DNA from: Cetorhinus maximus
Lineage: Eukaryota
Assembly (NCBI RefSeq): GCF_964194155.1
Contig: NC_135901.1
Coordinates: 21,638,001 to 21,702,000, forward strand
Reading direction: 5' to 3'
Length of the DNA stretch: 64,000 nucleotides
The notes beneath the pieces were generated by a model. That model saw only the letters and a list, made by a program, of their open reading frames with translations. It did not search any database and was not told the origin of the DNA. Made by a program: the position numbers and the translations under genes. Positions 52,425 to 64,000 of the stretch are shown here, in pieces (the stretch's first letter is position 1; every line of letters starts with the position of its first letter).

Positions 52425-52497
52425 TTATCTAGGCTGACACTCCAGTGTGACATTGAGGGACTGCTGCACTGAGAGAGACAGTGACCTTCAGACGGAA
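52425..52497 (+). mobile_element. SINE core fragment (Deu-domain-like)
   Basis: ggctgacactccagtgtgacattgagggactgctgcactg resembles the DeuSINE core as recalled, not searched. Confidence 0.45.
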
Positions 52498-52549
52498 CTT
52501 GTGGAGGCTCTGGCCACAATCTTGTAATTCTCGTTTTTCTAGTAGTGGT

Positions 52550-53140
52550 GCCAAAGGACTGACAGGTTGCAAATGTTACACCCCTGTTCAAAAACACAGC
52601 AATTACAGCCAATCAGCTTAACATCAGTGGTGGGGCAATGATGAAGCTAATAATCCGGGTTAAATTCAATTGCCACTTGGAAAAGTATGGATTAATAAAT
52701 GGAAACCAATATGAATTTGTTAAAAGCAAATTGTATTTGACTAACTTCATCAAGCAAGAGTGTATAAAGTACTGGAGTTGATGCCTTGGTGGATAAAATG
52801 GTGGCTAGTACAGTACCACACAATAGACTTGTCAGCAAAGTTGAAACCCATAAGATTAAAAGGGTAGTGGCTGCCTGTATATTAAATTGGTTCAGGGACA
52901 GAAAGCAGAAATGTTTGTTTTTCAGGATGGAGGGAAGTTTTCAGCAGTGTGACCCCAGCGTTCAGTGTTGGCACTACTGCTCTCTTTAATATATATCAAT
53001 GAAGTGGACTTGGGTACACAGGGCCGAATTTCAAAATTTGCATGTGTTTCAAAACTCAGAAATATAAGAAACGGTGAGGAGGATAATAAACTTCAGGAGG
53101 ACAGGGAGAAACTGGTGAAAATGGCAGACACATAACGGAT
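52550..53140 (+). mobile_element. CR1 LINE RT fragment
   Basis: ANVTPLFK, VPHNRL, ILNWFRDRKQ motifs. Confidence 0.75.
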
Positions 53141-53789
53141 TAAATGCATACACCATACTGCTTGGCACATCTTACATTCTTACCAACTTTGGGAACATTG
53201 TCTGAATGGTCAGGATGGTGAGGCATGAAGCAGATGGGAAATGGATTTAGAAACAGTATAAAGAAGAAATTAATAGGGAAAATACAAGCAACAAGTGCCC
53301 ATGGAAATAAAAATGAGATTGACCGAATGCAAAAGCATTAGAAACAAAACTAGAAGACAGAAAACAGTAGTTACTTAAGATTATTGGAATTAATTTGCCT
53401 GGGAAACCATCAGCCATAAGACATTTGACTGAATTAAATGTGTGTGATGTAACAATCATGAAATACACAAATAATTCCAGTGTATGTTATATTGCTAACA
53501 GGTCAACGCAGGCTTGGATCATACAGAGCCAGAGGATCTGCGGTTTCACAACCATCAGTGTGTTATACAATATAAGAGACCATTTTTCAGAGCCACTGAT
53601 TTGTGTCAGTAATATCTGTGCATTCCTGTTTTGATTATATGGAAATTACAGCTGTGTTTTGGGACTAAATTGGACACTCGAGCATACAAATGTCAGCAAT
53701 CATCCATTTTAATGTGAGGACAGTTAACATTCCTGTGAAGGGCTTTGGGATGTTTTTATACTGTTAATCTGCTATAAAAATGCAAGTCA

Positions 53790-54170
53790 TTGACTATGGG
53801 AAGAGAGTGAACTCCCTGTCAGAGCTGCAAACTCATGATACAGTCACACCACAGATTGACCGCTCAGCAGCTGAATGTGGAAAGAGATGAACTTGGTCAT
53901 CCCATTTACTGACAAAGCAGCACAGTCACATCAGAGAGAGGCTGTTGACATATTTCACGAAAGTGAGGGCATTTTGTTATTTTTCCAACTGTTCACACTG
54001 CAGTTTAAAGGTTCAAAGGGTTTCATGCATGATCAGCACATTTTTACTGTAGAGAGTCTTTTTAAATGTTCCTTTTGATAGGAAAAGACTCACTTGTTCA
54101 TCGCACCTGCTGAGATACTAGTGAGCTCACATGTGAGTTCAACAGGGGATGGATTCTACAATTATTTCTA
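53790..54170 (+). pseudogene. Heavily decayed ZNF remnant
   Basis: Residual finger/linker sequence and the paralogous 3' UTR start (ggattcta). Confidence 0.5.
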
Positions 54171-54486
54171 CTGTTTTGTGACTCTTAATTCCTGACCAAT
54201 TCCAATTCCCCTTCTCTGGAAGTGGATAATGGCCCATGCATTTGGGTTCCTCTATAACCTGTTTTCTAATTTTATTTTTGGTTCTTTAGTCCCAGTCTGC
54301 ACCTGGTAACAGCAAAGAAATCATGAAAACCATGTCTTATCGACAATGGCGGGGTATTTCCCCAGCATCCCTCGTGGCGGAGAATGTCCCCCATCCAGAC
54401 CACAGGAGCCCATTGCGCAAGTGCAGGACAGCATAGTGTTTGGAGCATGCGCAATGGGAGTGATAGCGAAGGGAACTTACCTGCAT

Positions 54487-55977
54487 TGCTTCCAATCTCC
54501 ACCCCTCCATCATTTTCACATGGTCCCTCTCTGACACTTCCCTTCCCTTCCTTGACATCTCTGTCTCAATTTCTAGTGATAGACTGTCCACCAATATCCA
54601 TTACAAGCCTACCGACTCCCAAGGCTACCTCGACTACAGCTCCTCACACCCCGCTTCCTGTAAGGACTCCATCCCATTCTCTCAGTTTCTTCGACTCCGT
54701 TGCATCTGTTCTGATGATGCTACCTTCAAAAACAGTTCCTCTGACATGTCCTCCTTTTTTCTTAACCGGGGTTTTCCACCTACGGTCATTGACAGGGCCC
54801 TCAACCGTGTCCGGCCCATCTCCCGCGCATCCGTCCTCACGCCATCTCCTCCCTCCCAGAAACATGATAGGGTCCCCCTTGTCCTCACTTATCACCCCAC
54901 CAGCCTCCGCATTCAAAGGATCATCCTCCGCCATTTCCGCCAACTCCAGCATGATGCCACCACCAAACACATCTTCCCTTCACCCCCCCTGGCGGCATTC
55001 CGTAGGGATCGTTCCCTCCGGGACACCCTGGTCCACTCCTCTATCACCCCCTACTCCTCAACCCCCACCTACGGCAACTCCCCATGCAAACGCAAAAGAT
55101 GCAACACCTGCCCCTTCACTTCCTCTCTCCTCACCGTCCAAGGGCCCAAACACTCCTTTCAAGTGAAGCAGCCTTTCACTTGCATTTCCCCCAACTTAGG
55201 CTACTGCATTCGTTGCTCCTAACGCGGTCTCCTCTACATTGGAGAGATCAAACGCAAACTGGGTGACAGTTTTGCAGAACACCTGCCCTCTGTCCGCAAG
55301 AAAGACCCAAACCTCCCTGTCGCTTGCCATTTTAACACGCCACCCTGCTCTCTTGCCCACATGTCTGTCCTTGGCTTGCTGCATTGTTCCAGTGAAGCCC
55401 AACGCAAACTGGAGGAACAGCAGCTCATCTTCCGACTAGGCACTTTACAGCCTTCCGGACTGAATATTGAATTCAACAACTTTAGATCTTGAACTCCCTC
55501 CTCCATCCCCACCCCGTTTCCGTTTCTTCCCCCTTCCTTTTGTTTTTTCCAATAATTCATATAGATTTTTCTTTTCCCACCTATTTCCATTATTTTTAAA
55601 TCTATAACTGCAATACCCTGTCAGTCTTTCCACCCCACCCCTACTAGAGCTGCACCTTGAGTGTCCTGCCATCCATTCTTAATTAGCACATTCTCTTAGA
55701 TAATATCACCACCTTCAACACCTCTTTGTTCCTTTTGTCTGTGACATCTTTTGATTATCTGCTCCTATCACTGCTTGCTTGTCCCCACAACCGCCCCACC
55801 CTCAACTTCTCTCTCTCCCCCCCCCCCCCCCCCCCTTAAACCAGCTTATATTTCACCTCTCTCCTAACTATACTCAGTTCTGTTGAAGGGTCATGTGGAC
55901 TCGAAACGTCGACTCTTTTCTTCTCCGCCGATGCTGCCAGACCTGCTGAGTTTTTCCAGGTAATTCTGTTTTTGTGC
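54487..55977 (+). mobile_element. Penelope-like element (RT C-terminus + GIY-YIG, disrupted) with TSD
   Basis: PFLDI, SIPFSQFLRL, ORF 54746-55222, YCIRCS*RGLLYIGE; 9-bp TSD TACCTGCAT at 54478-54486 and 55978-55986. Confidence 0.92.
55876..55914 (+). ncRNA. Hammerhead-like motif with variant core (CUGUUGA)
   Basis: AGTT-CTGTTGA-A-GGGTC(ATGTG)GACTC-GAAAC-GTC-GACT. Confidence 0.55.
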
Positions 55978-56240
55978 TACCTGCATGTCGTCTCTGCAGC
56001 CAATAAGATAGCTGCGTGTCGGAGGGAGCGATGAGCGCAGTGAGCGGATGGAAAGGCTCCGTGAACACCCAGTGAAAGCGTCAAACACCGAATAAGAAGC
56101 TCCCAGCCCAGTCTGGGGTTTCCTGGAGCCGCTGAGCTTCCTGTGGTCACAGGCCCGGGTTAACGGCCGCCATCTTGAGCGGGGTCAATGTGCAGCAGCG
56201 CGCATGCGCGGTCATCCCTGTCCCTGTCAGCAGGAGGAGG
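55978..56240 (+). promoter_or_regulatory. CpG-island promoter of unit E (upstream part displaced to about 54340-54486)
   Basis: CCAAT, GCCGCCATCTTG, GCGCATGCGC. Confidence 0.65.
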
Positions 56241-56943
56241 GAATGTTGTGAATTTCTATCCTGGGCTGAGAGGGATGGGGTTTGAAAACTCCTTTTACGG
56301 GGTGGGGGTTAGGAGGGGAGAATTTGCCAACGGAAATTTAAAGCCAAGCAACACATCAGGACTGATAGAATCATTCGATTCATCAGGACCTGGATATTAT
56401 TGGCCTTTGAGTGTAAGCATTGAGTTCCAAGTCATTACCATTCACTGTGTAAAATTTCTTCCTCACAATCCCCCTGGAGATCTTAAATCTGTTTCCCCAA
56501 ATCATTTTGTGATCTGCTAATGGGAACAGCTTTTCTTTATCTACCTTATTTAAATCTATTATAAATTTGTCCACCTCTATCAAATCTCCCTTCAATCTCC
56601 TTTGCTCCAAGGAGAACAACCCGTTTCTCCAACCTAACATTGCAATTATAATCCCTCATCACTGGAACCATTCTGGTAAATCTCCTCTGGGCCCTCTCAA
56701 GGACCATCACATCCTTCATAATGTGTGGTGATCATTGGTTTGCACAGACCCAGATGTTCTGTGTTCGTGTCTGTGATGTCATCACACACCGACAATTGCG
56801 CGGTGACATCACCCCGCTCCCCGGGTATTTCCACAACTGGGAGATTTTTCTCTGTGACTCCAGTGCTTCTGATATCTTTCCATCTGCAGGTTCCAACAGG
56901 AAATTTTAAAATTGAAAACAGTGAAATTGTTTCAGAAGTGAGT

Positions 56944-57160
56944 CACTCACCATCCTGACTTGAAAATATATCGTCATCCCTTCACTGTTGCTAGGTCAAA
57001 ATCCTGGAATTCCCTTCCAAACAGCACTGTGATGTACCTACACCACATGGACTGCAGTGGTTCAAGAAGGCAGCTCACCATCACCTTCTCAAAGGCAATT
57101 AGGGATGGGCAATAAATATTGGCCCAGCCAGTGAAGCCCACATTCTATGAATGAATAAAA
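56944..57160 (+). mobile_element. Retroposon 3' fragment with TSD AAGTGAGT
   Basis: A-rich tail; TSD at 56936-56943 and 57161-57168; absent from paralogous units. Confidence 0.8.
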
Positions 57161-59049
57161 AAGTGAGTATTTTTGATCATTCATCTAAAATTTAGAGCTT
57201 TTAATGCTATGCTCTGTTACCTGTGAGAGGTTCCATGGCTCTGGAGCTGGTGTGGCTCCTTTACTGTGGATCTGAAACCATGTCCATCCATTGCTCTGAT
57301 TCACCTCTGCCCTTTCTGATCATCTCTCTGCCATTGTCTAATTTCCACTGTCTCTAATAATGGGTGTATTTTAGTTATGTTTAGTATATTTTACTGTTAC
57401 TTCTGCTGACCATGTCTAAATGAGGTTTCTGCTACTGCCCAACCCCCAACCATGTGTTGCTGGCTTCCCAGCTTTATCTTGCCACAGTATCTATCATGGT
57501 CAGGAATTGTTTTTCCTGCACTATAGCCCGTTTCTCTTCTGTTTTTGAGCTTCTATTGACCATTAAATTCTGCACCATTTTTAATACCTGTAGTTCATTT
57601 TGCAGACTGAAATGTTAACTCTGATTCTCTCTCCACAGATGTTGCCTGACCTGCTGAGTTTTTCCAGCATTTTCTCTTTGTATCTTAGATTTCCAGCACT
57701 GCAGAATTTGCTATTATTTTATTGCAGGCGTTGCTCATAGAACCGAGTCTAGAAACACAGGCGGACCAATTAAGAGCCGGTTTGTAGCAGGGTCGACAGT
57801 GGCTGCAGAAGTTAGTCCCTGGCCTCCAGTGTAGGCCCATTTTCATTGAGTTATAGAATCATCGAGTGATTGCAATACAGAAGGAGGCTATTTAGCTTGT
57901 CGTCCCGTGCTGGTTGTCTGTGAGAGCAACTCAGTTCGTCCCACTCCCCTGCCTTTCCCTCATAGTCCAGCGATTGTGACTTTTGCTCCAGGCGTTTATC
58001 CAGTTTCCTTTTGAAAGCCTTTGATGCATCAGTTTGAGCTGGAGGGGCGATGGAGGAGAAGCTGCTGAGTTTAACCCCAAGGACCCAGCAATTTCTGATG
58101 TGAAATTGTCGAGGGAGGTAGATTCCAGGAGAGGTCAGGTTGCAAAAAGATATTGTTCCAGAACAAGTATTTCTGTGGATGCTTTTAATGTATTTTACAT
58201 ATGCATATTTTTAAAATGTATTCTTGGATTTGGGAGTCACTAACAAGACCAGCAGCAGATATTACCCATCCCCAGTTACCTGTGGAGAAGATTATGTTTG
58301 ACCTTCTTGAACCGCTGCAGTCCGTGTGGTGAAGGTACTCCCACAATGCTGTTAGATAAGGAGCTACAGGTTATTCAGTGATGAGGAAGGAACAATGATA
58401 TATGTCCAAATCAACAACAATAATTTGTATTTGTATAGCGCCTTTCGATATAAGAAAACACTCCAAGGTGTTTAACAGAAATGTTACAAAGCACCTTTGA
58501 CACCGAGCCCCATAAGGAGATATTAGGGCAGGTGACCCAAAGCTTGGTTGAAGAGGAGGGGGGGAAGGTTGAGAGGTTTAGGGAGGAAATTCCAGAGCTT
58601 GGCACCTAGGCAAGTGAAAGAACGGCCACCGAAGGCCTTTTAAAATCAGGCATGCTCAGGAGGTCGGATTAGAGGAGAACATATATCTTGGAGGGTTGTA
58701 AGGCTGGAGGAGATCACAGAGATAGGGAGTGGTGAGATTATGGAGGGATTTGAAAACAAGAATGAGAAACTTAAAGTGTAGGTGCTTCTTAACCTGGAGT
58801 ATTTGTAGGTCAGTGAATACAGGAGTGATGGGTGAACAAGACTTGGTGTGAGTAAGCACATGGGCAGCAGAGTTTTGAATGACCTCAAGATTACGAGGAG
58901 GTTGAATGTGGGAGGCCGGCCAGTAGCGTGTTAGGATATTTAAGTCTCGAGGTAACTAAGGAATGGATGAGAGTCTCAGCAGCAGATGAGCTGAGACTAG
59001 GGTGGAGTCGGGTGATGTTACTGAGGTGAAAACAGGCGGTCTTGGTGAT

Positions 59050-59555
59050 TCTAGATTTCCCCCTATTTATACCTTTCTCTGTTGCCTTGTCTCTACTCTT
59101 TGATTTACCACATCTTCCCAATTTTTTATTCTTCCTGTCAAAATGGACAATTTCACATTTTCCCACATTATACCCCATATGCCAAATTATTGCCCATGGA
59201 CTTAACCTATCTATATCCCTTTGTAGCCTCCTTACGTCCTCTTCACAACTTCCTTTCCTACCTATCTTTGTTTTATTAGCAAATTTAGCAACCATACCAT
59301 CGGTCCCTTCATCCCAGTTATTTACATAAATCGTAAGAAGTTGAGGCCGCAGCACTGATCCCTGTGACACCCCACTCATTACAGCTTGCCAACCAGAAAA
59401 TGACCCATTTATGCCTACTCTCTGTTCCTGTTGGCCAGCCAATCTTCTATCCATGCCAATATGTTACCCACTACACCGCAACTTTTATTTTCAACCATAA
59501 TCTTTGATGTGGTACCTTAGCAACTGTGTTCTGGAAATCTAAGTACAGTGCATTC
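59050..59555 (-). mobile_element. CR1 RT fragment nested in an L2 fragment
   Basis: ORF 58891-59454 fuses CR1 RT ([18 protein letters not shown]) to L2 ([12 protein letters not shown]). Confidence 0.8.
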
Positions 59556-60207
59556 ACTGAGAAGGATGGAGTCAGTGGCTCGGGAGTGGAGCTTGTTGCT
59601 GGACTGAAGACAATGGCTTCAGTCTTCCCAATATTTAAATGGAAGTGATTTCGGCTCATCCAGTACTGGAAATCAGACAAGTCAGGAAAGTGTGTGACCT
59701 AGAGAGGAACTTGGAGGTAATGGTGTTTGCATACACCTCCTACCCTGGTCGTTCTGGGTAGTGGAGATTGATGGTTTGGGAGATTCTGTCAAAATTATGG
59801 TTAGGTGTAGGTATATAAAACTTCCCTTAATCCCCTGCCTCTCCCACCTCTGTATCTCTCTCTCTCCCTCTTTCCATAGACGCTAGAGCCTTGTGTAGGC
59901 CCAAATTGGGTGACAGTTTCCCTTATCTGAAGGACATCAGTGAACCAGTTGGGTTTTTATGATAATCCAGCAGCTTTGATCGTTATTTCTTCCTCGTGCT
60001 GCCCCCACAAATTCATTCAGCTCAATTTCACAACCTGCCTTTGTGTTTTTGTGGGTTCTCTATCACTCCCTTTTTTCTGTTTCCAATAAATTTCACAGGG
60101 TATTAGAAGGGGAGGATTTGCAGTCAGGAAACTGAAACCAAATATCCCATAAGGATCTGTTGGTGACGCCCAATTTATCATAACTTGAATATCATTGGAG
60201 TTAGAAC

Positions 60208-62318
60208 ATGGAAGGACAAAGCACCATTCACAGCGGGGAGAAACCGTACACGTGCTCTGTGTGTGGACAAGGCTTCAACCGATCATATGATCTGTCGAAA
60301 CACCAGTGCATTCACACTAGAGAGAGGCTGTTCACCTGCACTGAGTGTGGAAAGGGATTCACTCGGTTATTCACCCTGCTGAGACACAAGTGAGTTCACA
60401 CTGGGGAGAGACCGTTCACATGCCCTGAGTGTGGGAAGGGATTTACTCAGTCATCCACCCTGCTGACACACCAGCGCACCCACACGGGTGAGAGGCCATT
60501 TACCTGTCCTGAGTGTGGAAAGGGATTCATTAATTCAACCAATTTGCTGACACATCAGCGAGTTCATGCCGGGGAGAGGCCATTCACCTACCCTGCATGT
60601 GGGAAGGGATTCAATAATTCAACTAACCTACTCAGACACCAGCGAGTTCACACTGGGGAGAGGCCATTTACCTGCTCCATGTGTGATAAGGAATTTACTC
60701 AGTTATCCCACCTGCTGAGACACCAGCGAGTTCACACTGGGGAGACACCATTCACCTGTTCTGATTATGGGAAGGAATTCAGTCAGTTATCCCACCGGCT
60801 AAGACACCAGCGAGTTCACACTGGGGAGCGGCCATTCATCTGCTTCGAGTGAGGAAAGGGATTCACTCAGGCAAATGATTTGCTGAGACACCAGCGAATT
60901 CACACTGGGTAGAAGCCATTCACCTGCTCCGAGTGTGGGAAGGGATTCACTCAAGCAAATGATTTGCTGAGACACCAGCGAGTTCACACTGGGGAGAGGC
61001 CATTCACCTACTCCGAGTGTGGGACAGGATTCACTCGGTTATCCAACCTATTGGATCACCAGCGAGTTCACACTGGGGAGAAGCCGTTCAACAGCTCTGA
61101 ATGTGGGAAGAGATTCACTCGGTCATCCAGCCTGCAGAGACATCAGCGAGTCCACATTGAGAAAAGTCCTTCCACTTGCATAGAGTCTGAGGGGGTACTC
61201 ATTCAGTCACCCACCCTGCAGAAACACCGGCGAGTCCGCACTGAGGAAAGTCCTTCCACCTGCACAGAGTCTGGGGAGGGACTCATTCAGTTATCCAACC
61301 TGTTAACAGGCCAGCGAGATCACACTGACGAGAGACCTTTTACATGTCCCAACAGTGAGAAGTACTCTAAAAGTTCCCAGGAGCTGAGGTACCATCAAGG
61401 TGTTCATAATGACAAGAGACTGTTCAGGTGCTCTCACTGCGGGACTGAGTTCAGGCGATCATCTGACCTCAGTGAACACCAATGCACTCACTCTGGGGAG
61501 AGACCCTTCACTTTCCCCGAGTGTGGAAAAGGACTCATTCAGTCACCCAAACTGCAGACACGCCAGCGCACTCACACTGGGGAGAGGCCGTTCACCTGCC
61601 CCGGTTGTGGGAAGGGATTCACCCAGTCATCCAACCTGCTGACACACCAACGAGTTCACACTGGGCAGAGGCTGTTCACCTGCTCCGAGTGTGGAAAGAG
61701 ATTTATTAATTCAGCCAACATGCTGAGACATCAGCATGTGCACACTGGGGAGAAACCGTTCACCTGCCCGGTGTGTGGGAAGGGATTCACTCAGTTATCG
61801 CACCGGCTAAGACACCAGCGTGTTCACACTGGGGAGAAACCGTTCACCTGCTCCGTGTGTGGGAAGGAATTCACTCAGACAAATGACCTGCTGAGACACC
61901 AGCGAGTTCACACTGGGGAGAGACCATTCATGTACTCCGAGTGTGGGAATCAATTCGCTCAGTTATCCACCCTCCTGAAACACCAGCGAGTTCACACTGC
62001 GAAGAGGTCATACACCTGCTCCAAGTGAGAGAAGGGCTTCTCTCGGTCACCCAACCTGCTTCGACACACCAGTGATTTCACATTGGGCAAGACCTTTTAA
62101 ATTCCTGGACTGTGGGAAGTGAAATAAAAGTTCTTGGGAACTGTTCCATCTACATGTTCACACTGACGAGAGATCATTCAGGTGCTCTCACTGCAGATCT
62201 GTGTCCAGGAAATCATTTCAATTCACTGTACATCAGGAATTTCACAGTGGGGAGAGGCCATTTACCTGCTTGGAATGTGGGAAGGAATTTGCTGAGACAT
62301 CAGCGAGTTCACAAGTAA
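60208..62318 (+). pseudogene. Long C2H2 ZNF pseudogene (unit E, about 24-25 finger units)
   Basis: In-frame stops near 60391, 60850, 60909 and 62026; many lost Cys/His; terminal frameshifts. Confidence 0.85.
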
Positions 62319-63329
62319 CCACAGTGATTGGATTTTGCTGTTAATCATAATTAGGACCGAAGCATGTCCATTGGGTCTGTTTCTGTTGATGTTAATAAAC
62401 TCCAGCCCAGTTATAGGGGCTAATATTCTGGATAAAAGTAAAATAAATCAGCTTTGAATCAAATACACTGTGTCAAGTCTTTTAAATATCTCTAATACAA
62501 GTTAGAAGTGCTCTCCCTCTCCCCGTCTCCTCCATCCTCACCTCCAACAACAAATGTAAGGAGCTCATGGAGTTTCTTCGTTACTGAGATTGAGACAATC
62601 CGATCAGCTGCCTCTGCTGCTTCCCTCTCTTCTAGTAGCCCACCGGGAAAAACTGCCTCTAAAATTCCCTCTTTTCTGAGCCCTGAACCTCCATCTTTCT
62701 CCAGTTTCTCTCTCATATCCCCTCATGTGCTCATCTTGTCCATCAGATGCGCCTTCTGCTCACAAGGGGCTGAATGGCCTCCCTCTGCTGTAACAATCTG
62801 TCATCAACCCTGTTACTACTTAACTGCTGATCACCCAAGTAAGCTGGTGTAGTTCTCTATCTTCAGGTGTTACGCTGCTTTCTTTTAAATATGTAAAATG
62901 TAAAACGAGCAGAACAATGGTCTGTAGGTCTGTTATTGATGTATTAATAGAGATTGATTGTCAGGATTGACCAACAATAATTATCACATGGTGTGAATGG
63001 TAGGAGTTGGAACTTGATCTTTGTACTTTTGCAATCCCTATGTCATCGCTCTGTTGGCAAGATCTCAGCCTCACATTCCTAGATTCAGACAAAGATTAAA
63101 CAAGACTCAGTCTCTAATGGCAGCCAGATTACCTACAATCCTGTGCGCCTTAGAAACTGCTCTACTGCTGTGGGTTGGCCGGATGGATCACGCATGCTGA
63201 GTCTTTGACAGTTCACAATGCCCGAGTGATTGATGGCAGCTCCAGACCAATAGGAAGAAGGGGTGGGTCTGGAGGTCCGAGATTGCATCATTTTGAAAGC
63301 TGATTTGTCTCAAACTCAGTATCTTTTCA

Positions 63330-64000
63330 CAGCATCTTTACAGTGCAGAAGGAGGCCATTTGGCCCATCGAGTCTGCACTGGCTCTCTGAAAACAGCATT
63401 CCGCCTTGTCCCACTCCCCTGCCTTATCCCCTTGCATATTCTGCCTTTTCAGATAGCAATCCAATCCTTCTGAATACCTTGATTGAACCTGACTCCACCA
63501 CCCTTTGGGAAGTTTGTTCCAGATTCCAACCATCCTCTGGGTGAAAAATTTTTTCCTCACATCACATTTACTCCTTTTGCCAATTATTTTGAATCTGTGC
63601 CCACTAGTCCTTGATGTTCTCTTGAAGGGAACAGTTTAACACTATTTACCCTGTCCATACCCCTCAGGATCTTGAATACCTCTATCAAGTCTCCTCTCAG
63701 CCTTCTTTTCTCCAATGAAAACAGTCCCAACCTCTCCAATCTATCCTCATAGCTACAGTTCTTCATCCCAGGAATCATTCTTGTGAATCTCCTCTGTACT
63801 CTCTCCAATGCCTTCACATCCTTCTTCAAGTATGGCACTCAGAACTGGATGTAGTACTCCAGATGAGGCCTAACTAGTGTCTTACACAAGTTCAACATGA
63901 CCTCTTTACTCTTGTACTCAATGCCTCTATTAATAAAGCCTAAGATGCTATACACTTTATTAATTGCTCTCTCAACATGCCCTGCCATCTTCAATGACCT
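63330..64000 (-). mobile_element. CR1 LINE 3' end, running off the window
   Basis: ORFs 63584-63838 (ALERVQRRFTRMIPG) and 63327-63560. Confidence 0.9.

Noticed and set aside
54384-55166. 260-aa Ser/Pro-rich ORF
   Set aside because: Alternative frame of the C-rich Penelope coding strand
56770-56875. C/D box snoRNA
   Set aside because: C box is non-canonical (GTGATGT) and the CTGA is CTCA in the 39700 paralog
58891-59454. Novel RT fusion protein
   Set aside because: Nested CR1 fragment in L2; the catalytic ADD motif is mutated (ANK)
60964-62028. 354-aa ORF as an independent functional ZNF gene
   Set aside because: No ATG at the called start, upstream in-frame stops and many lost zinc ligands; part of the unit E pseudogene

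Overview
Vertebrate genomic DNA, most likely a cartilaginous fish (inferred from the repeat content and ZNF style, not proven). It is not prokaryotic, and most short ORFs in the track are noise or transposon debris. The window is a tandem/inverted cluster of about 11 C2H2 zinc-finger loci with no recognisable KRAB, SCAN or BTB domain: 5 with intact finger ORFs (13, 10, 7, 9 and about 11 fingers) and about 6 pseudogenes or fragments. Most sit in duplicated 5-8 kb units (CpG-island promoter, small upstream exons, one finger exon, conserved 3' UTR). Between them lie CR1, L2, RTE and Vingi-like LINE fragments, Penelope-like elements with minimal hammerhead ribozyme motifs, SINE pieces, a hAT MITE, a solo LTR, minisatellites and several decayed pieces of an endogenous retrovirus (tether/RNase H, env, PPT, LTR). 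The most interesting signals are a candidate KRAB-independent ZNF repressor architecture (conserved finger modules plus small frame-preserving upstream exons with a psi-K-x-E motif), ERV remnants co-duplicated with ZNF loci, a conserved promoter dyad, and Penelope insertions in ZNF promoters. Repeat boundaries were read by eye and are approximate unless a TSD is quoted.
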